Source: an uncultured Candidatus Poseidoniales archaeon (GTDB taxonomy: Archaea; Thermoplasmatota; Poseidoniia; Poseidoniales; Poseidoniaceae). From it: a stretch of 64,000 nucleotides of DNA. Location: NCBI GenBank assembly GCA_964015875.1, contig CAXHEV010000002.1:11310-75309 (forward strand), given 5' to 3'. A program made the translations under genes and the position numbers. Below, piece by piece: positions 55,353 to 64,000 of this stretch. Every line of letters starts with the position of its first letter. The stretch's first letter is position 1. A model generated the notes under the pieces. That model had not been told where the DNA came from and did no database searches. It was given only the letters and a program-made list of their open reading frames with translations.

Positions 55353-55715
55353 TTATTGGTATTCAGTGTATTTTGCAGAGGAACCCCTGACTTGATCTGC
55401 GGGGTATTTTTCTGCATTAATCGCGAATTTTTCATTCATAATGGTCACGGGGTTCAAACCCAAGACACTACATAATCGCAGGCAATACATCATGACGTCG
55501 GCAGTTTCATTCGCCAGGTCATTCATCAGCCCTTCGTCACTTTGGACCTCTGCAATACTAGGATTGGACCATTGTATGGTCTCCGAAAGTTCAGCAGCTT
55601 CTACGCACACCGATGCAACCAAATTCTTGATGCTATGGAATTGATTCCAATCTCGCTCTGCTACAAACTCATCAAGACGTTGCATGATGTGTGACAAACT
55701 ATCAGTATCGCTCAT
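55353..55715 (-). CDS. MazG-like nucleotide pyrophosphohydrolase (all-alpha NTP-PPase)
   Basis: DWNQFHSIKNLVASVCVEAAELSETIQW...LANETADVMMYCLRL shows the EExxE/D metal-binding helices. Length 120 aa. Confidence 0.7.
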   Translation of the reverse strand: MSDTDSLSHIMQRLDEFVAERDWNQFHSIKNLVASVCVEAAELSETIQWSNPSIAEVQSDEGLMNDLANETADVMMYCLRLCSVLGLNPVTIMNEKFAINAEKYPADQVRGSSAKYTEYQ

Positions 55716-55754
55716 GAACAGCGTTCATGGCCATCGCTAATGGTTGTTGCCGTA

Positions 55755-56693
55755 TCACTTACGACTGATGGCCTTTCGTGCTGCTTTGGCGATATAAGGT
55801 GCGGAGATGTTCATCAAATCCAGCATCTCATCAGCCTGACCAGATTCTCCGAACCGATCTGGCACACCAACCATTTCCAAAGGAGCAAACGTGTTCGCCA
55901 CGAGGTGTTCGGCTACTGCGCTACCAAGACCACCAATGATGTTGTGATCTTCTGCAGTTACAAGTGCTCCACATCGCTCGACAAGCGAATCAATCAGAGC
56001 CCCGTCAAGTGGTTTTAGTGTGTGCATATCAATAACCGAAGCACTGATTCCATCTGCCTCCAATGCTTTGGCGGCTTTGATTGATTCTGAAACCATGACG
56101 CCACATGCAATAATTGCAACGTCAGTTCCATTTTTCAGTTCAATACCTTTACCGATAACAATAGTGCCATCCTCGGCATCATCATACATCACTGGTGTCT
56201 TGTTTCGGGCTGTGCGCGTGTAAGAGGGCGAGGAGGTTGAAGCAAGTTGTTTGGTAAGTTCTCGTGTGCTCACATCGTCACAGGGGTGGAGCACAACAAC
56301 GTTAGGCAACGTTCGGAACACTGCAAGATCTTCAATAGATTGAGCGGATGAACCATCAGTGCCTGTGTGCGTCCCGCCGTGACTGCCACAAAGATGGACA
56401 GCAAGATTCGGCCGCGCCACACCGTTTCTCATTTGTTCGAAAGCACGTTCAGTAAAGATTGCGAACGTGCTGGCGAATGGAATGTATCCTGATGCGGCCA
56501 TACCGGCACCAACGAGAAGCATGTTTTGTTCCCCGATGCCACATGAAACTGTGCGTTCTGGATGTGCTTTCCTAAAGTGAAGGGATTTGGTAGATTTTCC
56601 TAAATCTGCTTCAAGAACGACGACTTTTGGGTTGCCAGCCAAATCGAGTAAAGCTTGGCCATAGCCATCTCTTGTGGCTGCCATTCTGGTCAT
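55755..56693 (-). CDS. Transketolase, C-terminal (Pyr/C) subunit
   Basis: GIGEQNMLLVGAGMAASGYIPFASTFAIF...CGSHGGTHTGTDGSSAQSIEDLAVFRTLPN. ATG at 56693 overlaps the TktA-N TGA (ATGA). Confidence 0.9.
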   Translation of the reverse strand: MTRMAATRDGYGQALLDLAGNPKVVVLEADLGKSTKSLHFRKAHPERTVSCGIGEQNMLLVGAGMAASGYIPFASTFAIFTERAFEQMRNGVARPNLAVHLCGSHGGTHTGTDGSSAQSIEDLAVFRTLPNVVVLHPCDDVSTRELTKQLASTSSPSYTRTARNKTPVMYDDAEDGTIVIGKGIELKNGTDVAIIACGVMVSESIKAAKALEADGISASVIDMHTLKPLDGALIDSLVERCGALVTAEDHNIIGGLGSAVAEHLVANTFAPLEMVGVPDRFGESGQADEMLDLMNISAPYIAKAARKAISRK

Positions 56694-57523
56694 GCTTCCA
56701 CCTCCCCAAGTTCGAGCATGGCCTGCTGGAATTGCTCCTCATTTGGAGCAGCACCGTGGAAGGCGGGATTGTTCTCCATGTAGGATATCCCGCCACCCTT
56801 GATGGTGTGGGCGATTAAAATCGAGGGTCGATTGGAGTTATCCTCTGATTCAAGGAAATCTAACCCTTCCATGATTTCAGTCATGTTGTGTCCATCAATT
56901 TCTTTGACGTTCCATCCAAATGAGCGCCATTTCGCAGGGATGTCGAACATTCGCATCTGCTCTTCACAGAAGTCGTCATTCTGAATGCGGTTCCGGTCAA
57001 GAATAACCTTGAGGTTGCCCAATTCATGGTGGGCGGCAGCCATTGCAGCCTCCCAAACACTTCCTTCTTGCATTTCTCCATCACCGATCATCACAAAAGC
57101 ACGTCGAGAACTTTGGTCAAGCCGTGCTGCCATTGCACATCCCATACCGAATGAGAGCCCCATGCCGAGCGAGCCCGCAGAAAAGTCTACGCCAGGGCAC
57201 CACTTCATGTCGACGTGGCCTTGACAAACTCCGCCCAAGACACGATATGATTTGAGATCATCATGACTGATGAAACCCATTTCGGCAAGCACGGCATACA
57301 TGCCTGGTGAGGCGTGTCCTTTCGATAGAATAAATCGGTCACGGTCTGACCATTCAGGATCATCAGGGCGTACACGCATCCGTGTTGAGTACAATGCGGC
57401 GAGGAGGTCAATTTCTGACAGTGAACCACCAGGATGCCCAGCTTGTGCACGATAGACCATCTTTACAATCTCGACCCTGCACTTTCGTGCCATTTCTTCA
57501 ACTTCGGCGATGCTTGTGGACAT
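56690..57523 (-). CDS. Transketolase, N-terminal (TPP-binding) subunit
   Basis: GHPGGSLSEIDLLAALY...SKGHASPGMYAVLAEMG...GSLGMGLSFGMG...MIGDGEMQEGSVWEA. Confidence 0.9.
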   Translation of the reverse strand: MSTSIAEVEEMARKCRVEIVKMVYRAQAGHPGGSLSEIDLLAALYSTRMRVRPDDPEWSDRDRFILSKGHASPGMYAVLAEMGFISHDDLKSYRVLGGVCQGHVDMKWCPGVDFSAGSLGMGLSFGMGCAMAARLDQSSRRAFVMIGDGEMQEGSVWEAAMAAAHHELGNLKVILDRNRIQNDDFCEEQMRMFDIPAKWRSFGWNVKEIDGHNMTEIMEGLDFLESEDNSNRPSILIAHTIKGGGISYMENNPAFHGAAPNEEQFQQAMLELGEVEA

Positions 57524-57597
57524 ATTCTCCCCTGTTATCCGGTTGCCTTCACGGACGACCTTTGATGCTTGTGCATCGTACAGTTGAGGAAAAATTC

Positions 57598-59658
57598 TCA
57601 GTTTTTGCTCGGTGGAATGAACGCATTCTTGAATTTCTTCAGCACATCCATAGCCACAACCACTGCATCAGTAAGTAGATTGTTGCCCTTTGGCAAGGCT
57701 CGTGTAGCGAGCCAAACAAATACGGCCACAAACCATCCAAAGAACACAAGGGAAAGGATATTGTTCAGCGTGACGACACCGAATATTTCTGGCAGATTGA
57801 TATCTAATACGATCAAAACGGCAATGAGAACGCCAAGAATAGACTCACCAGCAATGAATCCAGCACCGATCAGGACACCTCTGTTTTCGACTTCTTTCGC
57901 AGCGCTCATAGCTTCCTTGGATGGGAGGACATCCAAACGACCATCGACACGATAGTGTGCTGTTCGTAGTGCAAAGTAGGAGATGATTCCACCGAGCATA
58001 ATAGGCACAGAAAGGCCGAGAGGAAGGTAGATGCCAATGGCCACAGACATAACTGGCATTTTTAGATAAATTAAAACAATGGCAATCATTGCTCCAAGAG
58101 TCACCATTGGGAGGTTTAGATTCCCAACAAACGCACCTTGAATTATTGCCCCAATCAATTCTGCTTGCGGTGCAAACAGAGCGTTGGAACAGTCGTACTG
58201 ATCAGCAACTGGTAAGTTGAGATTCGTGTTGGCACATGCAGTTTTTGAAATTTGAAATGCATTGTGCAGGAGGGCTAATGTCGGTCCAATGACAATTGCA
58301 CCTGTAATCACACCAATGATCTCTGCAATTTGTTGCCGCCAAGGTGTGGCACCAACCATATGTCCGGTTTTCAGATCTTGCATAACGTCCCCGGCAATCG
58401 CAGCAGACGACGCTACAACAGCAGCAATGAGCAGTGTGGCGAGCATTAATTCTTCTCGGCCTAGGCCAAGAAGTAAGTCACCAACAACCCAAACGAGTGC
58501 TACAGTGAACAATAATGTTGCAATGGTCATGCCCGATACCGGTGAGTTCGATGAGCCAACCACACCGGCAATGTAGCCTGCCACCGCTGCGAAAAAGAAG
58601 GCGACGACAGCCAAGAACACTGCACCAGCGAGTGCCAACCCCAGAGAACCTGTTGACCACCAGTAGAATAGGAAAGTGAAGATAACGAGGACGCCGCAAA
58701 ACATGATGACCTTATCGAGCGGCAAATCAATCTCAGTTCGTAATTGTTCAGCGTCCCCATCTTCAGTCTTAATCAAGGCCTTCGAAAGTCCTGTAATGAT
58801 GGTTTTCCGCATTGACCACAGGGTGTAGACGCCACCAACCACCATCGCACCAACACCGACATAACGTATCTGGGATGCCCAGATGTCATAGAAACCATCA
58901 ACCAATGTGTCCGAGTTTGGCCAACCATGGATCAACCCATACATTGGAACGAGCAAACCAAATCCAATAACGCCTCCAAGGAAAATGTAGGAGGCGATTC
59001 GAATACCAACAATGTAGCCAACGGATAGTAAGGCAATCGAGAGATCCATGCCAGCATAGAGCCGAGTGCCAAGGAAGCCTACCGCCGCCTCCACTGTGTG
59101 GTGAGTCACGTGGAATCCTTTGACCATGAGTCCGTAAATAGCACCAATACCTAGAGCGTAGACAATCGCAAGCGCACCCTCGCCACCTTCCTCTCCAGCC
59201 ACAAGGACTTCCCTGCAAGCAACACCTTCGGGATATGGTAGCGCTTCTTCCACAATGAATAGTCTTCGAAGTGCAATTGTGAACATGGTCCCTAACAATC
59301 CACCCAGGGTGGCAATAGCGAGGGTGTCAAACCACTGTATGTCGTCCCACAATCCGATTACAAGCATTGCAGGAACTGTAAAAATAACGCCAGCAGCAAG
59401 TGATTCACCTGCGCTCGCCATTGTTTGCACAGCGTTGTTTTCAAGGATGCTCACGTCTTTGAAAAGGGAACGAAGTATGATCATTGACATGACAGCAGCA
59501 GGAATACTTGCAGAAACTGTCATACCGGCGTAGAGACCCAAATAGGCATTCGCTGCAGTCATCAATATCCCGAGTAAAATACCCACTATGATTACGCGGA
59601 GCGTGAGTTCATGTGGCGATTCTGATGCCGGAATATACGGCTGATGTTCCCCGCTCAT
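57598..59658 (-). CDS. OPT-superfamily oligopeptide transporter
   Basis: At least 15 TM helices with the typical OPT length (about 690 aa) and Gly-rich helices. ATG at 59658 (track GTG at 59691). Confidence 0.75.
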   Translation of the reverse strand: MSGEHQPYIPASESPHELTLRVIIVGILLGILMTAANAYLGLYAGMTVSASIPAAVMSMIILRSLFKDVSILENNAVQTMASAGESLAAGVIFTVPAMLVIGLWDDIQWFDTLAIATLGGLLGTMFTIALRRLFIVEEALPYPEGVACREVLVAGEEGGEGALAIVYALGIGAIYGLMVKGFHVTHHTVEAAVGFLGTRLYAGMDLSIALLSVGYIVGIRIASYIFLGGVIGFGLLVPMYGLIHGWPNSDTLVDGFYDIWASQIRYVGVGAMVVGGVYTLWSMRKTIITGLSKALIKTEDGDAEQLRTEIDLPLDKVIMFCGVLVIFTFLFYWWSTGSLGLALAGAVFLAVVAFFFAAVAGYIAGVVGSSNSPVSGMTIATLLFTVALVWVVGDLLLGLGREELMLATLLIAAVVASSAAIAGDVMQDLKTGHMVGATPWRQQIAEIIGVITGAIVIGPTLALLHNAFQISKTACANTNLNLPVADQYDCSNALFAPQAELIGAIIQGAFVGNLNLPMVTLGAMIAIVLIYLKMPVMSVAIGIYLPLGLSVPIMLGGIISYFALRTAHYRVDGRLDVLPSKEAMSAAKEVENRGVLIGAGFIAGESILGVLIAVLIVLDINLPEIFGVVTLNNILSLVFFGWFVAVFVWLATRALPKGNNLLTDAVVVAMDVLKKFKNAFIPPSKN

Positions 59659-59787
59659 CGCCCTAGCCACAGAGAACAGGTTGTTCAACACATCGCCCTA
59701 GAATCAAGGGCATTCCACCATTATTATCATAAGGCCTCCATAGAACCCATAGGCGAGAGTACCAACTCTCATGGGTGGTTTTTTTTG

Positions 59788-62685
59788 ATGAGCAATGCAT
59801 GGCACGACATTAGTCCAGAAGAAACTTTTTCGAAACTTGAAACCCAATCTGAAGGCCTCACAGAGCAAGAAGTTCTCATTCGTCGAGAGAAGTACGGGCA
59901 AAATAAGTTACAAGAACCGGATAAAACACCAGCATGGCTACGATTCCTCTCTCAATACAATGATCCACTCAATTATCTCTTGATCGGTGCGGCACTCATT
60001 GCGCTTGCCATCAATCCCGAACACCCAGGGGATGCTATTTTCATATTCCTCGTGTTGACGGCAAATGCAACATTCGGTTTCTGGCAAGAAGGACAGGCAG
60101 AACAAGCCATGGATGCTCTGAAACAGATGGCCGTATCAAGCTGCATCGTCGTGCGTGATGGTGTTGAGCAGGAAGTTTCCACACCATTATTGGTTCCAGG
60201 AGACGTCGTCAAACTGGAAGAAGGTATCAATGTCCCAGCAGATGTAAGGATTGTAGAATCATACCAGTGTAAAGTCGATGAGTCCTCGCTGACAGGTGAA
60301 TCCGATAGCATTAGCAAGACAACAGCGGCTCTTCCAGCGGAAGCCTTGCTCGCAGATCGCAATAACATGGCCTATATGGGTACCAGCATCGCAACAGGCA
60401 GAGCTGTTGGGATCGTAGTCAACGTTGGCATGAATACAGAACTTGGCCGAATTGCAAGTGACATTGTAGGGTCGGAATCACCTAAAACACCTCTCGAGCA
60501 CAAACTTGAGTCCCTCGGTAAGTTCCTTGGTTTCATAGCACTTATTGTTGCGGTGCTTTTGGTGTCGATTGAACTCATCATCGCTCTTGGCGATCCTACG
60601 GCCAATCTGAGGGACGTGGCGATTGAGCAATTCATTATTGCCATTGCAATATTTGTTGCCATTGTTCCAGAAGGATTACCCATTATTCTGGTGATTACAC
60701 TCGCTCTTGGTATGCGTAATATGGCCCAACACAAAGCGATTATTCGTCGTATGAAGGCCGTTGAAACCCTCGGTTCAACAACAGTAATTTGCTCGGATAA
60801 AACAGGAACACTCACGAAAAATCAAATGACAGCTCGACAGTTGACGACAACAGAAGGAACATTCACTATTTCTGGTGAAGGGTTCAAACCTTCTGGAGAT
60901 CTCTCCTATAACGGCACTGTGGTCACCAATGATGAATTGTCAACCTTTCAAAGTGATTTGGCATTTCGACTCTCTGCTGCCTGTTTGAGTTTGTGCCATA
61001 ATTCTCAAATTTCGAAAGTTGATGGACAATGGCAGGCCTTAGGAGACCCAACAGATTCTGCATGTGCGGTACTCGGTTGGAAGATCAATGGAGATGTGAA
61101 GAAATTCGCACAACGACATTCGAGGCTTCATGAATTCTTCTTTGATACAACCCGAAAAAGAATGTCCGTCATTCATGACTATGAAGGCGAGCGCTGGGTC
61201 TTCTCTAAGGGTGGTGCCGGCGGTTATGTCACACTTGTCGATTGGAAAATCAAAGACGGAGAAATCGTTCCTATCGAACAAACAGACTTCGATTTGGCTT
61301 CGGAAGCCAACAAAGAAATGGCGGGTCAAGCGATGCGAGTTATCGCTCTCTGTGCACGCCGGCTTGGTGATGATGAGGACATTAACGACCTCAAAACAGT
61401 TGAATCAAGTTTTATTTTCTTGGGACTTGTTGGCATTATGGATCCACCTCGTGCTGAAGTCAAGGACGCCATAGAATTGTGCCAGCGAGCAGGCATACGT
61501 GTCAAGATGATCACTGGTGATCAACAATATACAGCAGAAGCAATTGGACGAGAACTCAACATAACAGAAGGAGGTATCGCTCCAGTTCACGGCGGAGCCT
61601 TATCTTCTTTTGATGATGACCAAATGGCAGAAGCATCGTCCCAAGCATCCATTTTCTCGAGGGTCACACCTGAACAGAAAATGCGCATTGTTTCCTCTCT
61701 ACAAGATCAGGGTGAAATTGTTGCCATGACAGGTGATGGTGTGAATGATGCACCAGCCCTGTCACGCGCCAACATTGGAATTGCAATGGGGATTGCGGGT
61801 ACAGATGTGGCAAAAGATGCCGCTGATATGGTGCTTCAAGATGATAATTTTGCTAATATCGTCCATGCGGTGGAGGAAGGCCGAAAAATCTACCAAAACA
61901 TTCGCAACTTTGTGAGATACCAAGTATCCACCAACGTTGCAGCTGTTGCTTTGATTATCATCTCCACGCTGTTGTTTGGTTGGAAGTTGCCATTGACAGC
62001 AACTCAAATCCTTGTGATTAACATCCTCATGGACGGGCCACCAGCCGTTGCCTTGGGTGTAGAAAAGAAGCATGGTGATGTTATGAATCAACCCCCGAGG
62101 CCTGTGAATGAAGGCCTTCCAAGTTCGAAAGACATCGCCCTTATTTTCTTCTTAGGTGCAGTCATGGTCACGGGAACCCTATTGGTCTTCTTCCTTGCAG
62201 GTGGGGGAGTTTGGGAAAAGGGAGATTCATGTAATTTGCATCCGTTAGAAGACCCTGCAAATGCTCCGTTTGATGTTGAACTTTGTGAACAAGGCGATGA
62301 AGTAGCGCTTGCCCAATCACACGACTACAAGAATGACTTGTTTGATCATGCACAGACCATGACCTTTGGTGTGTTCATTGTGTATCAACTGTTCAATGTC
62401 ATGAATTGCAGAAGCAATCGTGAAAGTGCGTTTAAACTCGGTCTTTTCTCAAATAAGTGGATCAACTATGCATTCCTTCTTTCGCTTGGTTTGTTGTTGT
62501 TCTTCGTACAATTTGCCGAAGCCACCATTCCATTTACTTCCATCGCCATTGGTTCGCTCATGACAACAACGCCCCTTAATTCCACAGATTGGGCCATCAT
62601 ATTCGCTGTGGCTGGTTCTGTGTTTGTCATTGAAGAGTTTCGTAAATTCATCGTCAACTCAAAGTTCTTCATGCCAGGAAACTAA
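59788..62685 (+). CDS. P2-type cation-transporting ATPase (Ca2+-ATPase-like)
   Basis: TGES, the PEGLPIILVITLALG helix-4 site, the DKTGTLT phosphorylation motif, TGDGVNDAPAL and GDQQYTAEAIG. ATG at 59788 (MSNAWHDISPEE); the track extension from 59644 is rejected. Confidence 0.9.
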   Translation: MSNAWHDISPEETFSKLETQSEGLTEQEVLIRREKYGQNKLQEPDKTPAWLRFLSQYNDPLNYLLIGAALIALAINPEHPGDAIFIFLVLTANATFGFWQEGQAEQAMDALKQMAVSSCIVVRDGVEQEVSTPLLVPGDVVKLEEGINVPADVRIVESYQCKVDESSLTGESDSISKTTAALPAEALLADRNNMAYMGTSIATGRAVGIVVNVGMNTELGRIASDIVGSESPKTPLEHKLESLGKFLGFIALIVAVLLVSIELIIALGDPTANLRDVAIEQFIIAIAIFVAIVPEGLPIILVITLALGMRNMAQHKAIIRRMKAVETLGSTTVICSDKTGTLTKNQMTARQLTTTEGTFTISGEGFKPSGDLSYNGTVVTNDELSTFQSDLAFRLSAACLSLCHNSQISKVDGQWQALGDPTDSACAVLGWKINGDVKKFAQRHSRLHEFFFDTTRKRMSVIHDYEGERWVFSKGGAGGYVTLVDWKIKDGEIVPIEQTDFDLASEANKEMAGQAMRVIALCARRLGDDEDINDLKTVESSFIFLGLVGIMDPPRAEVKDAIELCQRAGIRVKMITGDQQYTAEAIGRELNITEGGIAPVHGGALSSFDDDQMAEASSQASIFSRVTPEQKMRIVSSLQDQGEIVAMTGDGVNDAPALSRANIGIAMGIAGTDVAKDAADMVLQDDNFANIVHAVEEGRKIYQNIRNFVRYQVSTNVAAVALIIISTLLFGWKLPLTATQILVINILMDGPPAVALGVEKKHGDVMNQPPRPVNEGLPSSKDIALIFFLGAVMVTGTLLVFFLAGGGVWEKGDSCNLHPLEDPANAPFDVELCEQGDEVALAQSHDYKNDLFDHAQTMTFGVFIVYQLFNVMNCRSNRESAFKLGLFSNKWINYAFLLSLGLLLFFVQFAEATIPFTSIAIGSLMTTTPLNSTDWAIIFAVAGSVFVIEEFRKFIVNSKFFMPGN

Positions 62686-62744
62686 ATTGGATTGTCTCAC
62701 GGGGAAAACCACATCTTCAAGAACACAACACGTGAGGATTAGGC

Positions 62745-63959
62745 ATGTCAGTGTGGACTTCGTCAAGAAGCGAGGCTGGCTGTTCACCGGACTGGCAGAC
62801 GACTTTAGCCCGCAACCTGGCCTCCACTGCAGACTGGAGCCCCCCTCTCCACCCTATCGTCAAGAAATTAGCGACTGGCCAACCGCTCAATGTTGCTGAC
62901 GGACTGCTTCTTTACAACCACGCAGATTTGAACGAAGTAGGAAGGCTCGCTCACCACGTGCGAACGGCAAGATTCGACAATATGGCATTCTTCAACAGTA
63001 ATGTTCACGTGAACCAGACAAATGTTTGCGTTCTAGCGTGCAAGTTCTGTGCCTTTAGGCGAAGCAAGAAAGCCAAGGACGCCTATGCGCTAGACATCGA
63101 AGCCTACATTGAAGACTTGGGTCAATATTCCGACCACGTTGATGAAGTCCATTCCGTGGGAGGATTGCATCCTGATTGGGGTGTAGAGCACTATGAAGAA
63201 CTATTCAAAGCTACAAGAGAAACCTACCCTCACATCACCATCAAAGCCTTGACTGCTGTCGAAATAAAACACCTTTCACTTGTATCAGATATGAGTTATG
63301 AGGAAACATTGACACGGCTCAAGGATGCAGGGCTTGGTTCCCTTCCAGGTGGTGGGGCAGAGATCCTCGATGATGATGTCCGCGCCATCATTTGCAACGG
63401 CAAGGAAAGTTCCGAAGAATACCTAGAAATTCATCGCACTGCTCACAAGGTCGGCCTTTCAACCAATTGCACAATGTTGTTTGGCACGATAGAAACCCTA
63501 GAGCAACGTCTCAACCACATGGTTTCCCTGAGAGAATTAGCTCGCGAAACTCGTGGTTTCCAATGCTTTGTCCCCTATCCATACCTTCCTGACAACAGCC
63601 GTCTCCCAGAAGCTCAATTAGCCACAGGTAGTGAAATATTGAGAACGATTGCTATTTCTCGCTTGATGCTGGACACGATCCCCCACATCAAGGCTTATCG
63701 AATGAACATCGGTGATGAGTTAGCGGAATTAGCTCTTCAATTTGGCGCAGATGATATCGATGGGACGGTCCAAAAAGAGTCAATCATGCATCTCGCCGGC
63801 TCAACCACACCGCTAGAACACGATCGTTTCCAGCTCTCTAGGTTGATCAAAGACGCAGGCTGCGTCCCAATTCAGAGAAATACAACCTATGAACGATTCG
63901 AGGTCTATCAAGCTCCAGCACCAAAACGAATTCGTCGGCTCAATGTTGTCCAAAACTGA
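62745..63959 (+). CDS. Radical SAM enzyme of the MqnC/MqnE (futalosine pathway) / CofH-like family
   Basis: LLYNHADLNEVGRLAHHVR...NVHVNQTNVCVLACKFCAF shows C-x3-C-x2-C in the CKFCAF context typical of MqnC/MqnE. ATG at 62745. Confidence 0.75.
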   Translation: MSVWTSSRSEAGCSPDWQTTLARNLASTADWSPPLHPIVKKLATGQPLNVADGLLLYNHADLNEVGRLAHHVRTARFDNMAFFNSNVHVNQTNVCVLACKFCAFRRSKKAKDAYALDIEAYIEDLGQYSDHVDEVHSVGGLHPDWGVEHYEELFKATRETYPHITIKALTAVEIKHLSLVSDMSYEETLTRLKDAGLGSLPGGGAEILDDDVRAIICNGKESSEEYLEIHRTAHKVGLSTNCTMLFGTIETLEQRLNHMVSLRELARETRGFQCFVPYPYLPDNSRLPEAQLATGSEILRTIAISRLMLDTIPHIKAYRMNIGDELAELALQFGADDIDGTVQKESIMHLAGSTTPLEHDRFQLSRLIKDAGCVPIQRNTTYERFEVYQAPAPKRIRRLNVVQN

Positions 63960-64000
63960 GGTCACTGCATGGCAACAACTGAGCAGCAATGGAAAACCGT

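Noticed and set aside
1-64000. tRNA, rRNA, CRISPR arrays, IS elements
   Set aside because: I inspected all intergenic gaps over 50 bp (3251-3396, 6487-6592, 13064-13223, 14293-14496, 24083-24258, 48416-48540, 59659-59787 and others). None shows cloverleaf-compatible GC stems, repeat-spacer periodicity or transposase ORFs. No integrase or transposase gene is present.
63969-64000. ORF start MATTEQQWKT at the window edge
   Set aside because: Only 10 codons are visible, too short to assign. It is noted as a probable gene continuing beyond the window.

Overview
This window is a dense archaeal chromosomal segment with about 58 protein genes and no rRNA, tRNA or CRISPR. The archaeal assignment rests on aEF-2 with the diphthamide-site AIHRG motif, the S12-S7-EF2 operon, an exosome/proteasome superoperon, isopentenyl phosphate kinase, TiaS, RFC large subunit, Pcc1 and prefoldin beta. 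Gene content (futalosine-type radical SAM, split transketolase, large Ca-binding surface protein, about 50% GC) suggests a marine Thermoplasmatota-like archaeon, but that is only an inference.

Operons are tightly packed, with many ATGA/TGATG stop-start overlaps. The supplied ORF track often begins at upstream TTG/GTG codons, so I re-set most starts to homology-supported ATGs.

Gene order from start to end:
- 1..1174: partial CoaBC.
- 1280..3250: an MreB-like actin with a small coiled-coil partner.
- 3397..10387: an isoprenoid entry cluster (thiolase with an atypical DUF35-like partner, IPK, and a type-1 IDI fused to GGPP synthase) with Tpt1/KptA in between.
- 10389..14292: a MOSC protein (10389..10850), then EF-2, S7 and S12.
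- 14497..15768: a UbiD-family decarboxylase, candidate for the archaeal mevalonate pathway or menaquinone synthesis.
- 18336..24082: DHH/NrnA-like, prefoldin beta, Pcc1, L37ae, Rrp42, Rrp41, Rrp4, Sdo1 and PsmA as one superoperon.
- 24259..29964: Dph6, PurB, TiaS and a HAD phosphatase.
- 29986..34634: an exosortase/archaeosortase-like membrane protein convergent with a 1230-aa surface protein. That protein has a signal peptide, a Cys-less C-type-lectin domain, a LamG domain, three PPC domains, dockerin/EF-hand-like Ca loops, a TM helix and a cytoplasmic tail, and sits behind a strong TATA box.
- 34700..39982: a 1760-aa bacterial-type full-length Lhr helicase.
- 40077..48415: ferredoxin, GlyRS, RfcL, TrkA/TrkH and a transglutaminase-like membrane protein with a cytoplasmic zinc ribbon.
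- 49398..53665: ArsA/Get3 with an HSP20-like C-domain directly upstream of SRP54, then ProRS.
- 54634..63959: transaldolase, a MazG-like protein, split transketolase, an OPT transporter, a P2-type cation ATPase and an MqnC/MqnE-like radical SAM enzyme.

The most interesting candidates are the surface-protein/archaeosortase-like pair, the IDI-GGPPS fusion with IPK and UbiD context, the long Lhr, and the MreB-like module.
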